Both the position numbers and the translations under genes were made by a program. From contig SHZT01000009.1 of the NCBI GenBank assembly GCA_009692185.1, positions 49,335 through 113,334 on the forward strand: a DNA stretch of 64,000 nt, read 5' to 3'. The notes below the pieces were generated by a model. The model did not search any database. It saw only the letters and a program-made list of their open reading frames with translations, and was not told the origin of the DNA. Positions 9,598-18,458 of the stretch are shown here, piece after piece (position 1 is the first letter of the stretch; every line of letters begins with the position of its first letter). This stretch comes from Gemmatimonadota bacterium. Its GTDB lineage: Bacteria; Gemmatimonadota; Gemmatimonadetes; Gemmatimonadales; GWC2-71-9.

Positions 9598-10791
9598 ATG
9601 ACCGACACCATTTCCGCTTTGTCCCGCCACCCGGCGCTCACCCGCGGTCACGAACGCCTGATTCGCACAGACGCCCGCACCGTCGCGTGGCAAACGGCGA
9701 TCTGCGAGACGCCCGCGCCAACTGGCCGGGAACAGGCCCGGGGCGCCAAGGTCTCCGGGTTACTGCGCGAGATCGGCTTGACGTCGGTGTCCACTGACGA
9801 CGTCGGCAACGTGATCGCGTGGTGGGGTCCCGCGGACCGGGCCCCGGTGGTCATCGCCGCGCACCTCGACACCGTATTCGGCCCCGGGGTAGATGTGTCA
9901 GTTCGAAAGGACGGCGACCGGCTTATCGGGCCCGGCATTACAGACAATGCGCGCGGCCTGGCCGGCATGCTCGCCCTGGCCGATGTCGTGGCGTCGGGCC
10001 AATGGGCGACCGCGAAGCCCATCGCTTTCGTCGCCACGGTCGGCGAGGAAGGCGCGGGCGACCTGCGTGGCGTGCGGCATCTCTTTGGCGAACGGAAGCT
10101 CGCGGCGGATTCGGTCATCGTGCTGGACGGCGCCGGCGACGACCGCGTGGTCCATGGCGGCCTGGGGTGCCGCCGCTATCGGTTCATGTTCCGTGGCCCC
10201 GGCGGCCACTCGTGGTCCGCATTCGGCGCGCCGAACCCGGCCCACGCGGCGAGTACGCTCACGCAGGCCGTGGCCGAACTGCCCGGCAGGGAAACGCCGC
10301 GTACGACCTGCTCCGTCGTGGGAATCGGCGGCGGAACCAGCCTCAACTCAATACCCGATGAGGCATGGGTCGAAATTGACCTTCGGAGCGAGGGCACCGC
10401 GCCGCTTGAGGAGATCGAACGCGTGCTCCACGCCGCGGCCCGGCTCGGAATGGATCGTGAAAATGCCCGAAAAACGCTGGGGAGCCGAGCGCTCGACCTG
10501 ACCGTGGCGGTCATCGGAGATCGGCCCTCCGGCGTGACACCGGCCGACCACCCGCTGGTGCAGGCTGGTCTGGATGCCACGCGCGCAGTCGGCCGGCGGC
10601 CGGCGCTCGCGACTGCCTCCACGGACGCCAACATTCCGATTTCCCTGGGAATTCCGGCGATCGCGTTGGGGGCCGGCGGCAAAGCCGGAGACACGCACAG
10701 CGCAACGGAGTGGTTTGAGAATGCCGATGGACCGGCGGGAATATTTCGGGCGTTGCTGGTGCTGGCCGCGGCTGCCGGGCTCAACAAATGA
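9598..10791 (+). CDS. M20/M25/M40 family metallopeptidase
   Basis: The sequence shows ..VVIAAHLDTVF..., GITDNARG and GEEGAGDLRG metal-ligand context. The start is chosen at MTDTISAL (9598). Confidence 0.8.
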   Translation: MTDTISALSRHPALTRGHERLIRTDARTVAWQTAICETPAPTGREQARGAKVSGLLREIGLTSVSTDDVGNVIAWWGPADRAPVVIAAHLDTVFGPGVDVSVRKDGDRLIGPGITDNARGLAGMLALADVVASGQWATAKPIAFVATVGEEGAGDLRGVRHLFGERKLAADSVIVLDGAGDDRVVHGGLGCRRYRFMFRGPGGHSWSAFGAPNPAHAASTLTQAVAELPGRETPRTTCSVVGIGGGTSLNSIPDEAWVEIDLRSEGTAPLEEIERVLHAAARLGMDRENARKTLGSRALDLTVAVIGDRPSGVTPADHPLVQAGLDATRAVGRRPALATASTDANIPISLGIPAIALGAGGKAGDTHSATEWFENADGPAGIFRALLVLAAAAGLNK

Positions 10792-10814
10792 GAAGTAAGA
10801 AGTGAGAAGTAAGA
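10789..10814. repeat. left 26-bp terminal inverted repeat of the four-helix-bundle cassette
   Basis: TGAGAAGTAAGAAGTGAGAAGTAAGA. Its first three bases are the stop codon of the M20 peptidase gene. Confidence 0.9.
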
Positions 10815-10819
10815 CGGAG

Positions 10820-11176
10820 TTACTCGCGTCGAACCTTCTTCAGCAAACCCATCACCAACGCCTGACTCTCCCGTGCCGTGGCAACGGCCTTCGCCACCAC
10901 GTCACCCGGCACGAGTTGGGACTCCTCGAGGAGCTCCAAGAGGTCAGATGTTTCCACCGCGGAACCGTAGGCAATCACGAGATGGTTTCTGAAGCGACGC
11001 GATGAGCGTACGGCGTAGCCTTCGGCAATGTTCAATTGCACGGACAGGGCGGCACGCTGAAGCTGGTTGAACACCGCCGACGCCGACGGCTGCCAATGCT
11101 TGCGGCAGAGTTCCAGCACCTGCAGAACCACCGCGTGCGCCCGCTGCCACGCCAAGAGCGTCTTGTGGGTCTGCAT
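10820..11176 (-). CDS. four-helix-bundle protein (23S rRNA intervening-sequence protein / Avd-like family)
   Basis: The translation is MQTHKTLLAWQRAHAVVLQVLELCRK...QLQRAALSVQLNIAEGYAVRSSRRFRNHLVIAYGSAVETSDLLELL. The NIAEGY..R and A.GS..E signatures are typical of this family. Confidence 0.85.
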   Translation of the reverse strand: MQTHKTLLAWQRAHAVVLQVLELCRKHWQPSASAVFNQLQRAALSVQLNIAEGYAVRSSRRFRNHLVIAYGSAVETSDLLELLEESQLVPGDVVAKAVATARESQALVMGLLKKVRRE

Positions 11177-11250
11177 TTCACGAGAGTAATCACCGAGCCG
11201 TGGCAGGAGAGGAGCGAACAAACGCGGGGTGGAGCGAAAAAGCGCGACTT

Positions 11251-11276
11251 TCTTACCTCTCACTTCTTACTTCTTA
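11251..11276. repeat. right 26-bp terminal inverted repeat of the four-helix-bundle cassette
   Basis: TCTTACCTCTCACTTCTTACTTCTTA. Its reverse complement matches the left repeat at 24 of 26 positions. Its last three bases are the stop codon (TAA on the minus strand) of the nucleotidyltransferase gene. Confidence 0.9.
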
Positions 11277-12257
11277 GGGCGCCTTCGCTACCTCGCCCCT
11301 GGTCACGATCATCCGCTTGAGTTTCTGACCAATCACCTCCGAACCTGGTCCCACCAGGCACTCCTCCAGCGTGGAGCCGACGATCTTCGCACCTTCGCCT
11401 ATGATCGTGTCCCGGAGCACGCTGGTCATGACGACCGACCCCGGCTCGATGGACACGTTGGGCCCCAATGTGCAATCCTCCAGTTCGACGCCATCCGCCA
11501 CAAACACAGGGTCGAGTATGCGAACCTGCGCGCGGGGGCTCGGACGCTTCGCACTACCATGGCTCAACAGGTGCAGGTTGGTCTCCAGCACGGTCTCGAT
11601 CTTGCCGCAGTCATACCAGCCGGCGACCGGCGCCGCGAGGATCTTCCGACCGTGATCCACCATGTGCTGGAAGGCCTCGGTGAGGTAGAACTCGCCCTTC
11701 ATGGGCGGCTGTGACCTGGTCCAGGCAATCCCGTCGAACAGCGCCTTCCAATCCTTCATGTAGTAGAGGCCGATGTTGGCGAGCTTGGAAATGGGCTCTT
11801 TCGGCTTCTCGACAATCTTCGTCATGTACCCGTGCGCGTCCGTCACCACCACGCCGAAGCGCTGGTAGTCCTCCACTTCCTTGGCCCAGATGATGCCGTC
11901 GGCCTCGGTGCGCTGGATGAGGGAAAGATCGGCGTCGAAGAGGGTGTCTACGAAAATGATGAGGACGGGCCCGCTGACGTACGAGCGGGCGAGGTCAATC
12001 GCGCTCGCGGTGCCGTCCTGCACCCTCTGCTCGATGAACCGTGCCGGCTGGCGGTAATGCGTCCGGACGTACGCCTCGACCTGCTCCTTCAAGTGCCCGG
12101 TAATAAAAATCAGCTCTTCGACGTCGAGCTGATTCACCTGATCCATGACGTAGTCCATCACCGGGCGCCCGGCGACGCGAATCAGCGGCTTGGGAATCTC
12201 TTTGGTGAGCGGGAGCAGGCGGGTGCCTTTCCCCGCCAGCGGAATAATGACCTTCAC
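11274..12257 (-). CDS. sugar-phosphate nucleotidyltransferase (NTP-transferase domain plus hexapeptide-like C-terminus)
   Basis: N-terminus is MKVIIPLAGKGTRLLPLTKEIPKPLIRVAGRPVMDY. Confidence 0.8.
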   Translation of the reverse strand: MKVIIPLAGKGTRLLPLTKEIPKPLIRVAGRPVMDYVMDQVNQLDVEELIFITGHLKEQVEAYVRTHYRQPARFIEQRVQDGTASAIDLARSYVSGPVLIIFVDTLFDADLSLIQRTEADGIIWAKEVEDYQRFGVVVTDAHGYMTKIVEKPKEPISKLANIGLYYMKDWKALFDGIAWTRSQPPMKGEFYLTEAFQHMVDHGRKILAAPVAGWYDCGKIETVLETNLHLLSHGSAKRPSPRAQVRILDPVFVADGVELEDCTLGPNVSIEPGSVVMTSVLRDTIIGEGAKIVGSTLEECLVGPGSEVIGQKLKRMIVTRGEVAKAP

Positions 12258-12655
12258 TTGCGACCGTAGCGGTCCTTGATGCGGACGACATCTTCGACCT
12301 CGGGCGTGGACACTTCGAGCAAATCCGCCGCGGTGACCGCTTCCATCTGATGGACGGTGGGCGGCGCGATGTGATAGCTCTCGCCCGGGCGCATGCGGCG
12401 CTCGGTCAGTTCCTCACCCACCTTAACCCGGAAGATGATCTCGCCCTTCAGGACGTGAATCGTCTCGTCCTTCTTGTTGTGGTATTGGAGACTCAGGACC
12501 TGTCCCGGCTCGATATGAAGAATCTTGCCGACGTAGCGGTCCGTGCGGGCCCACACCAACTCATAGCCCCAGGGTTTCTCCACGCGGTAGGGCGGCTTGG
12601 CGTCTTCGGCAGAAGGGTGTTCCGCCATGTCAGGCAGGCTGTGTGACTGAGCCAC
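12254..12655 (-). CDS. cupin domain protein (mannose-6-phosphate-isomerase-type cupin)
   Basis: Contains PWGYELVWARTDRYVGKILHIEPGQVLSLQYHNKKDETIHVLKGE. An alternative start at 12628 (MAEHPSA) would remove the overlap with the kinase. Confidence 0.75.
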   Translation of the reverse strand: MAQSHSLPDMAEHPSAEDAKPPYRVEKPWGYELVWARTDRYVGKILHIEPGQVLSLQYHNKKDETIHVLKGEIIFRVKVGEELTERRMRPGESYHIAPPTVHQMEAVTAADLLEVSTPEVEDVVRIKDRYGRK

Positions 12656-14844
12656 TCACGCGCTGGCTGCCCGTCGCCTCGACCCGGACGCCTTCCAGCG
12701 CCTCGTGGAACGCGGCAGCGGTCTGCCAGCGATCTTCCCGCTCCTTGTTCAGCGCCTTGAGAATGATCTCTGCCAGGCGGGCCGGCACACCCGGCTGGAT
12801 CTCGCGCGGATCCACCGGCTTCTCTTCCAGGTGCTTGACCATCAGCGCGGTCACGGTCGGCGCAATGAACACAGGGCGGCCGGTGACGCACTCGAACAGC
12901 ACCGCGCCAGCGGCGTAGAGGTCCGCCCGCACGTCAATCTCCTCGCCCATCAACTGCTCGGGGGCCATGTACTCGGGCGTGCCGATCGCGACGCCCGCCG
13001 CCGTGAGGCCCTTGGCCTCCTGCTGTTTCGATTCCGTCAGCCGCGCGATCCCGAAGTCCATGACCTTGAGGAAGCCGGCCGCATCCACGACCATGTTCTG
13101 CGGCTTGATGTCCCTATGAATCACGCCCTGCTCGTGGGCCACTTCGAGGGCGCGGAGGAGCTGCTTGCCCACGGTGAGAGCCACGGCGGTCGGCAGGTGG
13201 CCCCGCTTCCGGATGAGATCCTTGAGGCTCGTGCCTTCGACGAACTCCATGGTGATGTAGTACATCCCCTGGACCTCGCCCATGTCGTGCGTGCGCACCA
13301 CGTTCCGGTGGGTAATGCGCCGCGCGAGGCGAATTTCCTGCTTGAAACGCTCGAGGGAGGATCCGTCGGCCTGGATCGCGTCGGGCTTGAGCGTCTTGAT
13401 GGCCACGACCTCGTCCAGCTCGCGGTCCACCGCCCGGTACACCACGCCCATACCGCCCACGCCCAGGACCCTCTTGATCTCGTAGCGGTCATCGAGGACG
13501 AACCCGGCCTCGAGCATCTGCCCGCCCGATACGGCCACGGCCCGCGTCGCCATGCCCGGCCCCACCTTCTGCGTGACGTCAGACAGCTGCTGCTGAGTGA
13601 GCGCCTGCGTCGCCGCGGCGCTCGAGGTGCTCATGTACTCGATGAGCGCCTGCTTCTCCTTCAGCTCCTGGAGCATTCTCTGGAACGAGGCCGCCAGCAC
13701 GCCGATCTCGTCGCGCGTCCTGACCTCGATGTTTCCGCTGTACTGCCCTTCGCCGACCTGCCGGGTGACCTCGACCAGCTGCTTGACCGGCCGCGTGATT
13801 TGTCGCGCGAGCACCACGGACGAGAGGATCGCGAGAATGAGCCCGCCGATGAACGCGTAGAGCACCGTCTGCTGCAGCTCGGTGAACACCGCCAGCTCAC
13901 GGCTCCGGGACCGGAACCCGACGTACCCGCCCACCGGCGTGCCAGATGCCGTCACCAGCGGACCGACCACGCCGACCAGCGTCTCGCCGCCGACATCCCA
14001 GCGAACGTGACCACCCGGCTGAAGGCCGGCGAGCGACGTGTCCATGCCGGGCCCGCCGGCCATGGCGTTCGTGACGGCGGCCCGTTCGAGCGTGGACACA
14101 GCGACCTGCGGGACGTTCATCGTGTCGAGCGCGACGATCACGACATCCGAGTTGGTATTCCGCTTCACGTCGGCCACGAACGCGCTGTCAATCGGAACGG
14201 CGGCGACGAGTACGCCGTACAACGCGCGTTGTCCCGCCGTGCCCGGGCTGTAGATCGGCACACCCACGGCCTGGTAGAGAATGAAGCCACCGTCCTCGGT
14301 GGACTCGATCCACGTTCCCTGCGTCGCCTCGCCCTCCAGCGCCTTGCCAACCAGCGCACCTTCGGAAAGGTCAACATCGAACTCATCGCGGCGGTCGGTG
14401 CGGGCCTTGAGCACACCGACGTTGTTGGTGACCGCGGCCCACGACGCGCCGATCTGGCGCTGGAACTCATCCGCCTGGTCCAGGAGATCCGCCCGGTTTC
14501 CCGGCGGCCGCAGTGCCTGTCCGATGCGGGCGAGGTACTGGGGGGACGCGCACGAGCGACCCGGCAACCTGGGACAGGGCATGGGTCCGGCTCTGGAGCG
14601 CGTTCTCGATAGCGGCCCGCGTGGCGGTGAGCGCGCGGTCAATGGACTGGTCGGCCGCGCGGTCCGCGCGCTGCTTGGTGAGGAACAGCGCCCCGCCCAG
14701 CACGACCACGACGACCAGCGCGGTGGCCAGGAAGATCTTGGCGCTGAGGCCGAAGCGGACGCGGGCGCTAATAGCGCGCTCCGCCCCGGGAGTAGGGCTG
14801 TCCGAACTTGTTGAGGTGCTCGACGAACTTGAAACCGCGTGCAT
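12630..14844 (-). CDS. sensor Ser/Thr kinase (TM, periplasmic Cache-like region, TM, HAMP, kinase); apparent frameshift at a G6/C6 run
   Basis: The HAMP segment is ARQITRPVKQLVEVTRQVGEGQYS. The kinase motifs are GVGGMGVVYRA, HRDIKPQNMVV, DFGIARL and GTPEYMAPE. The N-terminal TM and sensor start are read in the frame of ORF 14467..14844, and the rest in the frame of 12630..14924. The exact start is uncertain. Confidence 0.8.
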
Positions 14845-15472
14845 CCAGCTGGAGGTCGAGCCCCGTGAGGCCCTGGGCAGTCACGTCCACGTCCTGCTTC
14901 ATGCCGGCCGCGCGTTCGTGCCACGCGTTGAGGACGTACTTGCCGACCGGAACGCCGGGAATGGAAAACGCCCCGTCACCTCCGGGCTGTCCGTAGTAGG
15001 CACTGCCCATGACGACGATGAATGCGGCCATGTTGGCGTGCACGTTGCAATACACCCGGACGAGCCCGGGCTTGGTGAACTTGGTGCTCTTGGCTTCGCC
15101 GCGCCCGAAAAGTCCCAGGTCAAATGCTCCCTCATCGGAAAGCGAGAAGACATTGTGATTGAAGGGATCGTTGTTGGGGAACCGCACGGTGGACCCGACG
15201 GGCACGATGGTCACGCGCGGGCGGAAATCCTTGCCCTCGGTGATCACGTCGAAGGACTTGGGCGCCGGCGTGCGCACGCCGGGAGCGTCGAGCCACAGGA
15301 CCGCCTGGCCGACGTCCGTCGCCGTCTTGTTGTTCCGTTCCATGACCGTGAGCCGCCCGGCGACGACGGCCACGGGCGCCGAGACCGGCTTGGGGCCGGA
15401 AACCCCCGAAAACAGGGTTGCGACGCAGATCACAGCGTGGCTGGGACGTATCACCGGCATTAATCTACCCAT
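14768..15472 (-). CDS. exported cupredoxin-like (type-1 Cu) protein with carboxypeptidase-regulatory-like C-terminal domain
   Basis: FPNNDPFNHNVFS and VYCNVHANM provide a His...Cys-x2-His-x2-Met ligand pattern. It has an N-terminal hydrophobic leader. Confidence 0.6.
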   Translation of the reverse strand: MGRLMPVIRPSHAVICVATLFSGVSGPKPVSAPVAVVAGRLTVMERNNKTATDVGQAVLWLDAPGVRTPAPKSFDVITEGKDFRPRVTIVPVGSTVRFPNNDPFNHNVFSLSDEGAFDLGLFGRGEAKSTKFTKPGLVRVYCNVHANMAAFIVVMGSAYYGQPGGDGAFSIPGVPVGKYVLNAWHERAAGMKQDVDVTAQGLTGLDLQLDARGFKFVEHLNKFGQPYSRGGARY

Positions 15473-15565
15473 CGTCGCTCATCGGATGTTGTGAAGCGGC
15501 GGAAGCTTACGCGCCGGTTGAACATGCGTCAACCGAACCGGCGTTCGTTCTCAAGGGAGCAAACG

Positions 15566-16821
15566 ATGCGTGTTCCACACTGGTTTCTCCTCGCCGCCCT
15601 CGCCGCGGCCCCGGGCTCATCTGTTTCGGCCCAGCAGGGCGCTCTCACGGACACCTCGATCGCGGCCCGGCTGGAAAAAGCCGAACGCATGATCGAACTG
15701 CTGCGCCAGCAGGTAGCCGAACAGGCGAAGGGACGGGTTGAACCCCGGTCGGGCAACAAGGTCGAGCTGTCGGGAGTGGTCCTGATCAACGGGTTCTTCA
15801 ACAACGCCAAGGTGAACAGCGCCGACAACCCGACGTTCGTACAGGCGCCGGACCCGCCGGGATTCCTGCCGAACTCGAACCTGGGAGGCACCGCCCGCCA
15901 ATCAGAGTTCGGGCTCACGGCCATCGCTCCCAAGGTGATCGGGGCGACATTCACTGGAGAGCTGGACATGGACTTCTACGGCGGCCAGCAGAACTTTGGC
16001 CGCCTGTTTCCCCTGCTCCACCTGAAACGCACCCGTGGGGAGCTCCGCTGGCCGCATGCCTGGCTCGCCTTTGGCGAGGATGCGCCGCCGATCTCGGAGG
16101 TCAACCCGTCTTCCTTCTCGGCTCGCAGCATTCCAGGGTTTACCAACGCGGGGAACCTGTGGTTCTGGATTCCCCAAGTCCGTCTGGGCGCGGACGTGGG
16201 AACCACCGTCAGCGTCGGGCTCGAGGCGACGGCGATGGCGCCGATCTCCACCGAGACGCCGGCCACTTTCAACCCCGCGCCGAGCGCAGCCGCCGGCCGT
16301 CGGCCGAGGGCCGGCTGCTGGTCAAGTGGGACCAGCCCCAGTCCACCGGCGAGATTTCCGTGGGCGGGCACTACGGCTGGATCGCGACGACCGCGCTCGA
16401 CACGTTCATCGTGTCCCGGGCGGTCGCGGCGAGCATCCGCTTCAGCGTCACCGGATTGTTCGAGGTCCGTGGCGAAGCGTTCGCCGGCCAGGCCCTGGCC
16501 GGCCTTGGCGGCGGCGGGATCGGGCAGAACCTCAACGCCGCGGACGCGCCCGTGCGCACCCGGGGCGGCTGGGCCCAACTCAACATCAAGCCAACGCCCG
16601 AATTCGAATTCGGCGGGGGCTACGGATTCGACGATCCGACCGACAGCGACCTGGACCTGGCTACCGGGCGGCTCAGGAACGTGACGATGGAGGGGCACCT
16701 CCACTATACGCCCGGTCCGGTCGTGTTCGCGGTGGAGTTCCGCCGGGTCGAAACGACGTATTCGACGCTCGGGACACTCTTCGTCCATCACTTCAATGTG
16801 GGGATGGGGTTTCGGTTCTAG
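15566..16821 (+). CDS. outer-membrane porin-like beta-barrel with N-terminal coiled coil; apparent frameshift near 16295
   Basis: It has the signal peptide MRVPHWFLLAALAAAPGSSVSAQQ and the coiled coil IAARLEKAERMIELLRQQVAEQ. Alternating beta-strand sequence follows and ends in the terminal ...FNVGMGFRF. The first part is in the frame of 15491..16684 and the second in the frame of 16159..16821. Confidence 0.65.
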
Positions 16822-16823
16822 GG

Positions 16824-16899
16824 TAAGAAGTGAGAGGTGAGAAGTAAGAAGGAGAGCCGCCACCTTCTTGCTTCTCACTTCTTACGTCTTACTTCTCAC
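16824..16899. repeat. cargo-less hairpin of the same GAGAAGT/AAGAAGT repeat family (about 28-bp stem, 11-nt loop)
   Basis: TAAGAAGTGAGAGGTGAGAAGTAAGAAGG-AGAGCCGCCAC-CTTCTTGCTTCTCACTTCTTACGTCTTACTTCTCAC. Hand pairing gives 24 Watson-Crick pairs, 3 G-U pairs and 1 mismatch. It lies between the porin stop and the TPM gene start. Confidence 0.85.
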
Positions 16900-16915
16900 T
16901 ATCTTTCCCGGCGCG

Positions 16916-17716
16916 ATGATCTTCCCCGTACTCGCTCTCGCCATCCAAATCCAGCTCACAGCGCCGTCGGGCTACGTCAACGACTTCGCCGGCGTGCTCG
17001 AAGGCACGTCGCGCGCCGCGATAGTCGCGCTGATCGACGAGGTGCGGCAGAAGTCGGGCGGTGAAATCGTCGTGGTGACCCTCCGGGACCTGGGTGGCCG
17101 CGCTTCGATTGACGTCGCGCGGGACATCGGCCGGCAGTGGAAGGTCGGGGCGATGGGCGGCCCCGGAGACCGCGCCCGGAACGCCGGCGTCGTCCTCCTG
17201 TTCAAGCCCGGCGGGCGACCGGGAGACGGGCAGGCGGACATTGCCATCGCTACCGGCACCGGCACCGAAGGGTTCGTCACCGACGCGCTGGCCGGGCGAA
17301 TACGCGATGCCATCGGCCGGCAATCGGTCGAAGCAGGCAGCTACGCCGAGGGGTTGCCCGTGGGCGTCGCCATGCTCGCCCGGGCCTATGCCACCGAGTT
17401 CGGGTTCGAGTTGACCGGCGCGGCGGCCGAGCAGATTCCGGAAGGTGGTGGAAGAATCACCATCCCCGGTCCGTTCGCCGTTCTGATCGCGCTTTTCGTG
17501 TTCATCATGTTCGTGTCGATTGTCCGGCAACTCGCGCACCAGCGGGGCGGCTCGTTCCTCGGCACGCTTTTCTGGATCGCCATGAGTCAGCAGGGGCGTC
17601 GCGGCGGCTGGGGTGGCGGGCGTGGCTGGGGTGGCGGCGGAGGCGGGGGTGGAGGCTTCGGTGGTTTCGGTGGCGGCGGCGGCTTCGGTGGCGGCGGCGC
17701 ATCGGGGAGGTTCTGA
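16916..17716 (+). CDS. TPM (TLP18.3/Psb32/MOLO-1, YgcG-like) domain protein with Gly-rich tail
   Basis: Contains SGYVNDFAGVLEGTSRAAIVALIDEVRQKSGGEIVVVTL, then a TM segment, then GGWGGGRGWGGGGGGGGGFGGFGGGGGFGGGG. The start at 16916 lies just beyond the hairpin repeat. Confidence 0.8.
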   Translation: MIFPVLALAIQIQLTAPSGYVNDFAGVLEGTSRAAIVALIDEVRQKSGGEIVVVTLRDLGGRASIDVARDIGRQWKVGAMGGPGDRARNAGVVLLFKPGGRPGDGQADIAIATGTGTEGFVTDALAGRIRDAIGRQSVEAGSYAEGLPVGVAMLARAYATEFGFELTGAAAEQIPEGGGRITIPGPFAVLIALFVFIMFVSIVRQLAHQRGGSFLGTLFWIAMSQQGRRGGWGGGRGWGGGGGGGGGFGGFGGGGGFGGGGASGRF

Positions 17717-18429
17717 TGGCTAGCGTGGAAAAAAGGGTCGAGGAGTTCTCGACCCAACTCGAGGCCGCCCTGGGGGGCAGCCTGGTGTCCGTGACCCTCT
17801 ACGGGTCGGCGGCCCGGGACCAGCACCGGAAGGGGAAGTCCGACATCAACCTGCTCATCCTGTTGAAGGACGCCGGGAGCGGGACGATCGCACGGGCTGC
17901 GGAGGCGATGGCCAAATGGGTCAAGTCGGGCGAGCCCGCGCCACTCCTCTTCTCGGAGGCCGAGTGGAAAGCCTCGACCGACGTGTTCCCGCTGGAAATC
18001 GAGGACATGCGGGAGGCGCACAAGGTGATCCGCGGCAGCAGCCCCTTCACCGGGATCACGACCCAGCGCGGCGACCTGCGCCGCCAGCTGGAGCACGAGG
18101 TTCGCGGCAAGCTCCTGCATCTGCGGACGGAGTACGCGGCGCTCGCGACCGATGGCAAGGCGCTCGGCGCCCTGCTGGAAAACTCGCTGGGCACATTCCT
18201 TGTACTATTTCGGGCGACGCTCCGCCTGGCGCGGGACGCGGCGCCGCCGGAACCGGAGGCGGTGATTCGTGCCACGTCCGTGGCGGCCGGCCTCGACGCC
18301 TCCGCGTTCGACTGGCCCCTGGCACGCCGCACGGGAAAGAAAGTGCCAGAGTTGCACTCGTTCGACCCGACGGCGTCGCGCTACGTGGACCAGATCGAGA
18401 AGCTCGCGCTGTTCGTAAACCAGTTGTGA
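17716..18429 (+). CDS. nucleotidyltransferase-domain protein (MNT/KNTase-like)
   Basis: Contains LYGSAARDQHRKGKSDINLLILL (a GS...D.D-type NTase motif). The ATG overlaps the stop of the TPM gene (TGATG). Confidence 0.7.
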   Translation: MASVEKRVEEFSTQLEAALGGSLVSVTLYGSAARDQHRKGKSDINLLILLKDAGSGTIARAAEAMAKWVKSGEPAPLLFSEAEWKASTDVFPLEIEDMREAHKVIRGSSPFTGITTQRGDLRRQLEHEVRGKLLHLRTEYAALATDGKALGALLENSLGTFLVLFRATLRLARDAAPPEPEAVIRATSVAAGLDASAFDWPLARRTGKKVPELHSFDPTASRYVDQIEKLALFVNQL

Positions 18430-18458
18430 CGTCCATCCATTCACGAAGGAGTACGGCA

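Noticed and set aside
10820-11176. The four-helix-bundle protein as the Avd component of a diversity-generating retroelement.
   Set aside because: There is no reverse transcriptase gene and no template/variable repeat pair anywhere in the window. The flanking repeats are inverted heptamer arrays, not TR/VR.
17560-17716. The GGC/GGT-rich repeat at the 3' end of the TPM gene as a nucleotide-level repeat element.
   Set aside because: It encodes the Gly-rich C-terminal tail (GGWGGGRGWGGGGG..FGGGG) that is a normal feature of YgcG/TPM-domain proteins.
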